Source of the DNA: Macrostomum lignano
Taxonomy: Eukaryota
DNA: 64,000 nucleotides
NCBI GenBank assembly: GCA_002269645.1
Contig: NIVC01001915.1
Location: 124,001-188,000 of the forward strand
Direction: 5' to 3'
Numbering within the stretch: the first letter of the stretch is position 1; each line of letters starts with the position of its first letter. Shown piece by piece: positions 57,706 to 64,000 of the stretch. The translations under genes were made by a program, and so were the position numbers. Below the pieces are notes generated by a model, which searched no databases, had not been told where the DNA came from, and saw only the letters and a program-made list of their open reading frames with translations.

Positions 57706-58782
57706 TCATCGCCGCGTCGCCGTCTCGCTGGACTCGGCGTCAGAGGCCCAGCCGTCCAGCAGGAAGTCGGCGCACTGCTGGCACAGTTCGTCGTCGCCGC
57801 AGGTGTCGCCGGCCGAAGCTTTGGCCACGCGGCGGCGGCAGCGCGGGCAGTCGCTGGAGACGTCGGGCCGGACCTCCTCGACCAGCACGCCGACGTCGCC
57901 GAGGTCGCAGTCGGTCAGCACTCGCCGATCGGCCGCCCGCAGCGACTCGAATTCGGTAGCCCGGACGACCCGGACGGACGAGCAGCGCAGTGTCTCGGCC
58001 AGCCGGCCGAATCGAGGATCCTCCTTGGCCTCTGGTCGCCATGGCAACGCGTCGTTGGCCAGCAGGAGCTCCCAGCCGGCACTCAGCGGCGCCAGCGACA
58101 GCCGGGCGGCGGCCGAGGCGGCCTGGGCGAACTCGTCAGAGCCGGCGAAAGCGGCCGAGCGCAGGCGGAACAGGGCCAGCAGCTGCCGGCCGAGCAGTGT
58201 CCGACTGTCCGAGCTGTCCGACAGGTCAGGGAACTGCCAGGCCTCCAGACAGACGCTGGTCGGTGACTCGGCCGGCCGGCCGCCGAATCCGTCGACTGGG
58301 AGAGCGGCGTAGACCTCCTCGGCCAGATGCGGCAGTACCGGAGCGGTTGCCATGGTGATTGCCCGCAGCGACTGCCACAGGGCAGCCTGGGCGGAGCGCC
58401 GGTCGGGACTGTCGGCTGGGAAGCAGTAGAGCCGGTGCTTCACGGCCGCCAGGTAGGGTCCGGCCGCCTGCGACAGCAGCTGCTCCAGCTGGCGGCACAC
58501 GGCGCCGGTGTCGCAGGCGTCGAAGGCGGCCTCGATCGAGCGGACGAAGTCGGCGAGCAGGGCGAGATAGCCGGCATCTGCCGGATGGCAGATAGCCGTT
58601 CGGACAGTCTCGGACAGAGGCAGGTCGGACACGCAGCCGAGCAGAAAGCGCAGGTGGCTGCGCAGCCGCTTGACGTGGCCGTCGGCGGCGGCCAGAAGCC
58701 GGTCGCCGATCTCCGGTCTGACGGCGAGGCCGGCGCTGGCAGCCCAGTAGCGGAGACCGTCGGGCCCGTGACGGAGGATCAC
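57706..58782 (-). CDS. IARS2: Mitochondrial-type isoleucyl-tRNA synthetase, last exon (anticodon-binding domain and zinc finger)
   Basis: GPDGLRYWAA, RNTxRFLLG-like RSHLRFLLG, VKHRLYC, APVLPHLAEE, CPRCRR...LCQQC; CCCAG acceptor. Confidence 0.9.
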   Translation of the reverse strand: MILRHGPDGLRYWAASAGLAVRPEIGDRLLAAADGHVKRLRSHLRFLLGCVSDLPLSETVRTAICHPADAGYLALLADFVRSIEAAFDACDTGAVCRQLEQLLSQAAGPYLAAVKHRLYCFPADSPDRRSAQAALWQSLRAITMATAPVLPHLAEEVYAALPVDGFGGRPAESPTSVCLEAWQFPDLSDSSDSRTLLGRQLLALFRLRSAAFAGSDEFAQAASAAARLSLAPLSAGWELLLANDALPWRPEAKEDPRFGRLAETLRCSSVRVVRATEFESLRAADRRVLTDCDLGDVGVLVEEVRPDVSSDCPRCRRRVAKASAGDTCGDDELCQQCADFLLDGWASDAESSETATRR

Positions 58783-58799
58783 CTGGGCAGTGGGTTGGA

Positions 58800-59320
58800 C
58801 GGGTGGATATTGGGGTAGACAGTGGGGTAGATGACCGGGCAGATACTGGGGTAGACAGTGGGGTAGATGACCGGCTGGATATTGGGGTAGACAATGGGGT
58901 AGATGACCAGCTGGATATTGGGGTAGACAATGGGGTAGATAACCGGGCGGATATTGGGGTAGACAGTGGGGTAGATGACCGGGCGGATATTGGGGTAGAC
59001 AGTGGGGTAGATGACCGGGCGGATATTGGGGTAGACTGTGAGGTAGATGACCGGGCGGATATTGGGGTAGACTGTGAGGTAGATGACCGGGCGGATATTG
59101 GGGTAAACTGTGAGGTAGATAACCGGGCGGATAATGGGGTAGACTGTGAGGTAGATGACCGGGCGGATATTGGGGTAGACAGTGGGGTAGATGACCGGGC
59201 GGATATTGGGGTAAACAGTGGGGTAGATGACCGGGCGGATATTGGGGTAGACTGTGAGGTAGATGACCGGGCGGATATTGGGGTAGACTGTGAGGTAGAT
59301 GACCGGGCGGATATTGGGAT
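58800..59320. repeat. 36-bp intronic minisatellite
   Basis: About 14 copies. Confidence 0.95.
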
Positions 59321-59682
59321 CCCGAATTATTCAGTAGAATGATGAAGAATTACTTAAAGATGCTTTTAGGAAGAGATTCGAAAAAAAATTAATTGAATTC
59401 AGTCAAAACGGAAATAGAAAAAAGCTTTCAAAAAGCACTGAAGCGCCAAAGGAGATTTTGCAGACACTCGAAATGATAGACACAAGGCACAAACGCGGGA
59501 TTCCGCACCTAAAAAGGAAGACGGGAAATGAAAAAAGGCGGGCTCAAAAGAGAGACTTATTCTTTTGAAACAGAAAACTTGCGCTGTCGGAGGCTGGAAA
59601 CACAAAGGGAAAACAAACAAATCCCTTTCTCCTAAAAACTAAGCCTTCTTAGCTATCAGCTATTTATGCAAGATCACATCTT

Positions 59683-60838
59683 CCCCTGCCCATGTCTCCA
59701 CCCTCCCCTGCCCGTGTCTCCATCCTCCCCTGACCGTGTCTCCATCCTCCCCTGCCCGTGTCTCCATCCTCCCCTGACCGTGCCTCCACCCTCCCCTGCC
59801 CGTGTCTCCACCCTCCCCTGCCCGTGCCTCCACCCTCCCCTGCCCGTGTCTCCACCCTCCCCTGCCCGTGTCTCCATCCTCCCCTGCCCGTGTCTCCATC
59901 CTCCCCTGACCGTGTCTCCATCCTCCCCTGACCGTGCCTCCACCCTCCCCTGCCCGTGTCTCCACCCTCCCCTGCCCGTGTCTCCATCCTCACCTGCCCG
60001 TGTCTCCACCCTCCCCTGCCCGTGTCTCCATCCTCACCTGCCCGTGTCTCCACCCTCCCCTGCCCGTGTCTCCACCCTCCCCTGCCCGTGTCTCCACCCT
60101 CCCCTGCCCGTGTCTCCATCCTCCCCTGACCGTGTCTCCATCCTCCCCTGACCGTGCCTCCACCCTCCCTGCCCGTGTCTCCACCCTCCCCTGCCCGTGT
60201 CTCCACCCTCCCCTGCCCGTGTCTCCATCCTCCCCTGCCCGTGTCTCCACCCTCCCCTGCCCGTGTCTCCATCCTCACCTGCCCGTGTCTCCATCCTCAC
60301 CTGCCCGTGTCTCCACCCTCCCCTGCCCGTGTCTCCACCCTCCCCTGCCCGTGTCTCCACCCTCCCCTGCCCGTGTCTCCATCCTCCCCTGCCCGTGTCT
60401 CCACCCTCCCCTGCCCGTGTCTCCACCCTCCCCTGCCCGTGTCTCCATCCTCCCCTGCCCGTGTCTCCACCCTCCCCTGCCCGTGTCTCCATCCTCCCCT
60501 GCCCGTGTCTCCATCCTCACCTGCCCGTGTCTCCACCCTCCCCTGCCCGTGTCTCCACCCTCCCCTGCCCGTGTCTCCACCCTCCCCTGCCCGTGTCTCC
60601 ACCCTCCCCTGCCCGTGTCTCCACCCTCCCCTGCCCGTGTCTCCACCCTCCCCTGCCCGTGTCTCCACCCTCCCCTGCCCGTGTCTCCACCCTCCCCTGC
60701 CCGTGTCTCCACCCTCCCCTGCCCGTGTCTCCACCCTCCCCTGACCGTGTCTCCATCCTCCCCTGACCGTGTCTCCATCCTCCCCTGACCGTGCCTCCAC
60801 CCTCCCCTGACCGTGCCTCCACCCTCCCCTGCCCGTCT
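59683..60838. repeat. 22-bp C-rich intronic minisatellite (CCCCTGCCCGTGTCTCCACCCT)
   Basis: About 52 copies. Confidence 0.97.
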
Positions 60839-60839
60839 C

Positions 60840-61065
60840 CAATCTCTCCTGGCCGTTCCCTGAATTTCACCCTCCCTTTTCTAATCTCACCCTCCCTTTT
60901 CTTCTAATCTCACTCTCCTTTTATAATCTCACTCAGTTTTCTAATCTCACCCAGTTTTCTAATCTCACTCAGTTTTCTAATCTCACCCAGTTTTCTAATC
61001 TCACCCCTTAATTTTCTAATCTTATCCTTTTTTCTAATCTCACCCTCCCTTGTCTAATCTCACAC
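60840..61065. repeat. Degenerate TTCTAATCTCAC repeat
   Basis: About 9 diverged copies. Confidence 0.75.
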
Positions 61066-61176
61066 TGCCTTTTCGAATCACTCGAACCTTTTGATTATCT
61101 TATCACGTCTTGTGACAAGACGACAGGTGTTGTGAAAGCATCCCACACCCTCAACCCCCCGCTCCCATGTCCCCAC

Positions 61177-61601
61177 CTGTTCCGGGTCCACCACGTTGCC
61201 AACAGACTTGGACATCTTCCTGCCGGTCTCGTCCACAGTGAAGCCGTGCACAGCCAGGCTCTTGTAAGGCGGCCGGCCAGTCAGAGCCACCGAGAGCAGC
61301 AGCGAGCTGGAGAACCAGCCGCGGAACTGGTCCTGACCTTCGACGCACAGCGACGCCTGACCGTCAGCGTCCAGGTCGCCCGCCTCGCCGGCCACCGCCC
61401 AGGAGAGGCCGCTGTCCATCCAGATGTCGAAGATGTCGCCAGATTTCTTCAAGCGTCGATGGCGCAGCTCGGAGCTGCCGAATTTTTCGGCGAGTTGATC
61501 GGCCGAGAGTTCGAACCAGGAGTCGGCGCTGCCGGTCTCGGCGACGTGCTCGGCGAAGCGGCGAGTCAGCTGACTGTCGTAGACGGGGTCGCCGGTGGAC
61601 T
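61177..61601 (-). CDS. IARS2: IleRS exon with the KMSKS motif
   Basis: DIFDIWMDSG, EGQDQFRGWFSSSL, HGFTVDETGRKMSKSVGNVVDP; TTTCCCAG acceptor, CAG|GTGGGG donor. Confidence 0.94.
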
Positions 61602-61627
61602 CTGGGAAAGTTGGATATCGCGGGGAT

Positions 61628-62300
61628 GAGATTAGATGGATTGGAATGGGATTAGACGAAGTGGGAGGCGATTGAGATGTTGAAATGGAACTAGATGGTT
61701 GGGATGGGATCAGATGTAATGGGATAGGATTAGATGGAATGGGATAGGATTAGATGGAATGGGATGGGATTAGATGGAATGGGATAGGATCAGATGGAAT
61801 GGGATAGGATCAGATGGAATGGGATAGGATTAGATGGAGTGGGATAGGATTAGATGGAATGGGATAGGATTAGATGGAATGGGATAGGATTCGATGTAAT
61901 GGGATTGGATTAGATGGAGTGGGATGGGATTAGATGTAATGGGATAGGATTAGATGGAATGGGATGGGATTAGATGGAATGGGATGGGATTAGATGTAAT
62001 GGGATAGGATTAGATGGAATGGGATGGGATCAGATGGAATGGGATGGGATTAGATGGAATGGGATTGGATTCGATGGAATGGGATAGGATTCGATGTAAT
62101 GGGATTGGATTAGATGGAATGGGATAGGATTCGATGTAATGGGATAGGATCAGATGGAGTGGGATAGGATTAGATGGAATGGGATAGGATTAGATGGAGT
62201 GGGATGAGATTAGATGGAGTGGGATGAGATTAGATGGAGTGGGTTGAGATTAGATGGAGTGCGATGGGATTAGATGGAGTCAGAAGGGATTAGATGAGAT
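61628..62300. repeat. 20-bp intronic minisatellite (GGGATAGGATTAGATGGAAT)
   Basis: About 33 copies. Confidence 0.96.
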
Positions 62301-62363
62301 GGGATTAAAAGGAATCGGTTCGCAGAACTTGGCAACCTCGGCTATCCCAAACCCCCAGCGCAC

Positions 62364-62877
62364 CGTCGTACAGCACTGGGATCGGCACTCCGTGCACCCG
62401 CTGCCGGCTGATGCACCAGTAGGGCCGGGCGGCCACGAAAGCCCGCATAGCGCCGGCCTCCCTGTCCGGCAGAATTCGGACAGTGTCCAGAGCGGTTAGT
62501 GCCCGGTCGCGCAGGCCGGCAGTGTCCAGAAACCACTGGCTGGAGGCGCGCAGCATCACAGGGCGGCCGGTGCGCCAGTCGTAGGGGTAGCTGTGCACCA
62601 GCGCCTCCGTGTGCGCCAGGAGGCTGCGCCGGCGCAGCAGGTCCAGCACGGCCCCGGACCCCTCCGTCAGGCAGTGCCGGCCGTTCAGCTCCTCCAGCGA
62701 TTCGGACAGGCCGGGGCCGCCGAACCGGCCGGCCTCCGTTACCATGGAGACGAGGGGAAGTTTGAATTTGATGCCAAGTTGAAAATCCTCGCGGCCGTGC
62801 GCGGGGGCCACGTGCACCAGGCCGGTGCCCTTGTCCTCGGTCACGTGATCCGATGGCAGCACCGGGCACTCCGCGTT
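62364..62877 (-). CDS. IARS2: IleRS exon (editing-domain GTGLVHVAPAHG; HSYPYDWR; WCISRQR)
   Basis: CCGCAG acceptor, G|GTGCGC donor (phase 1), matching the next exon. Confidence 0.92.
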
Positions 62878-62944
62878 CTGCGGGTTCAAGAGGGGCCTGG
62901 CGATTAATGGCCAGCAGGAATTAGGATATCGACCCAGGCCTTTC

Positions 62945-63362
62945 CATATTGCCCCATAGCCTTCCCACACTGTCCCATAGCCTTCCCACACTGTCCCATA
63001 GCCTTCCCACACTGTCCCATAGCCTTCCCACACTGCCCAATAGCCTTCCCACACTGACCCATAGCCTTCCCACACTGTCCCATAGCCTTCCCACACTGTC
63101 CCATAGCCTTCCCACACTGACCCATAGCCTTCCCACACTGTCCCATAGCCTTCCCACACTGACCCATAGCCTTCCCACACTGTCCCATAGCCTTCCCACA
63201 CTGTCCCATAGCCTTCCCACACTGTCCCATAGCCTTCCAACACTGTCCCATAGCCTTCCCACACTGTCCCATAGCCTTCCCACACTGTCCCATAGCCTTC
63301 CAACACTGTCCCATAGCCTTCCCACACTGTCCCATAGCCTTCCCACACTGTCCCATAGCCTT
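62945..63362. repeat. 21-bp minisatellite (sense GGCTATGGGACAGTGTGGGAA) inside a 501-nt intron
   Basis: About 20 copies; open in the IleRS reading frame. Confidence 0.96.
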
Positions 63363-63378
63363 GCCACCCGGAACCCAC

Positions 63379-63455
63379 ACTGAACGGATGCCGGTAGGTC
63401 GCCCCAATCAGCGCATCGGCAGGGAACTCGGCCAGCGGTTCTCCGAGCTCGACGC

Positions 63456-63489
<34 letters not shown>

Positions 63490-63970
63490 GAAGCCGGGCC
63501 AGCTGGCTGCGACAACAACGGTCCGACCGTCTGGCAGACGGCGCAGCGAGTAGCGCATGCCGGGGCCCACAGCGACAGCGGCGTTGGCCGGCAGAGTCCA
63601 CGGCGTGGTGGTCCAAACCAGCAGGTGATGCCGCGGCTGCTGCTCCCCTCCCGAGTCTCTCAGAGCCTCAGGCGCCGACGCGTCGGCGGACAGCCGAATC
63701 AGCGGCATCAGGACGAAGGCGCTGTCCGACCGGTGATCGTCCCGATACACGAGCTCCGCCTCGGCCAGCGCAGTGGCCGAACTGTCCGACCAGTGGACGG
63801 GCAGGAAGCTGCGATAGACCAGTCCGAGACTGTGCAGCCGGTCGAACGCCAGCAGCTGACGGGCCACGTAGCCGGGCGATTTGGTCTCGTAGTGCTCAGC
63901 TGACGCGCTGAGGACGCCCCAGTGCTGAAATGCCAACCGTTGCTCTGCGATGCACTGGTCAGCGAATGCT
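63379..63970 (-). CDS. IARS2: IleRS exon (AFQHWG...VHWSDSSATALAEAELVY...VWTTTPWTLPAN); upstream exons lie beyond the window
   Basis: CCACCCAG acceptor at 63971-63972; conserved IleRS motifs; donor inferred at AGT|GTGGGT. Confidence 0.9.
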
Positions 63971-64000
63971 CTGGGTGGGTGAGCAGACCGAGGTGAGATC

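Noticed and set aside
58803-60870. DIGVD and ETRAGEGGD / PCPCLHPP repeat ORFs
   Set aside because: Translations of the 36- and 22-bp arrays within an IleRS intron.

Overview
Eukaryotic (metazoan) genomic DNA with GT-AG introns. It is not prokaryotic and contains no CRISPR array or operon. By splicing the ORF fragments by hand I recovered seven protein-coding genes: phospholipase D (PX-PH-HKD-HKD, minus, ~3.8-22.7 kb, at least 17 exons, very long inserts), IFT22/RABL5 (minus, intronless, X-box upstream), calcyphosin-like CAPSL (plus, 3 exons, head-to-head with IFT22), vesicular GABA/glycine transporter SLC32A1/unc-47 (minus, 3 exons), an Ajuba/LIMD1/WTIP-type triple-LIM protein (minus, 4 exons), a single-exon class A peptide-type GPCR (minus), and the 3' four exons of mitochondrial-type isoleucyl-tRNA synthetase (minus, runs off the right edge). 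Almost every large intron and most intergenic gaps carry their own micro- or minisatellite; most long ORFs in the supplied track are artefacts of these repeats. This architecture resembles the flatworm Macrostomum, but that is inference only. There are also two tRNA-derived SINEs and several inverted or dispersed repeats. The most unusual features concern repeats and splicing: arrays that copy the adjacent splice junction, inverted arrays flanking one PLD exon, and a stop-free in-frame repeat intron in IleRS. I see no firmly supported new biological system; these splice-linked repeats are the best candidates. Exon boundaries come from GT/AG positions, phase continuity and recalled homology, not from transcript data.
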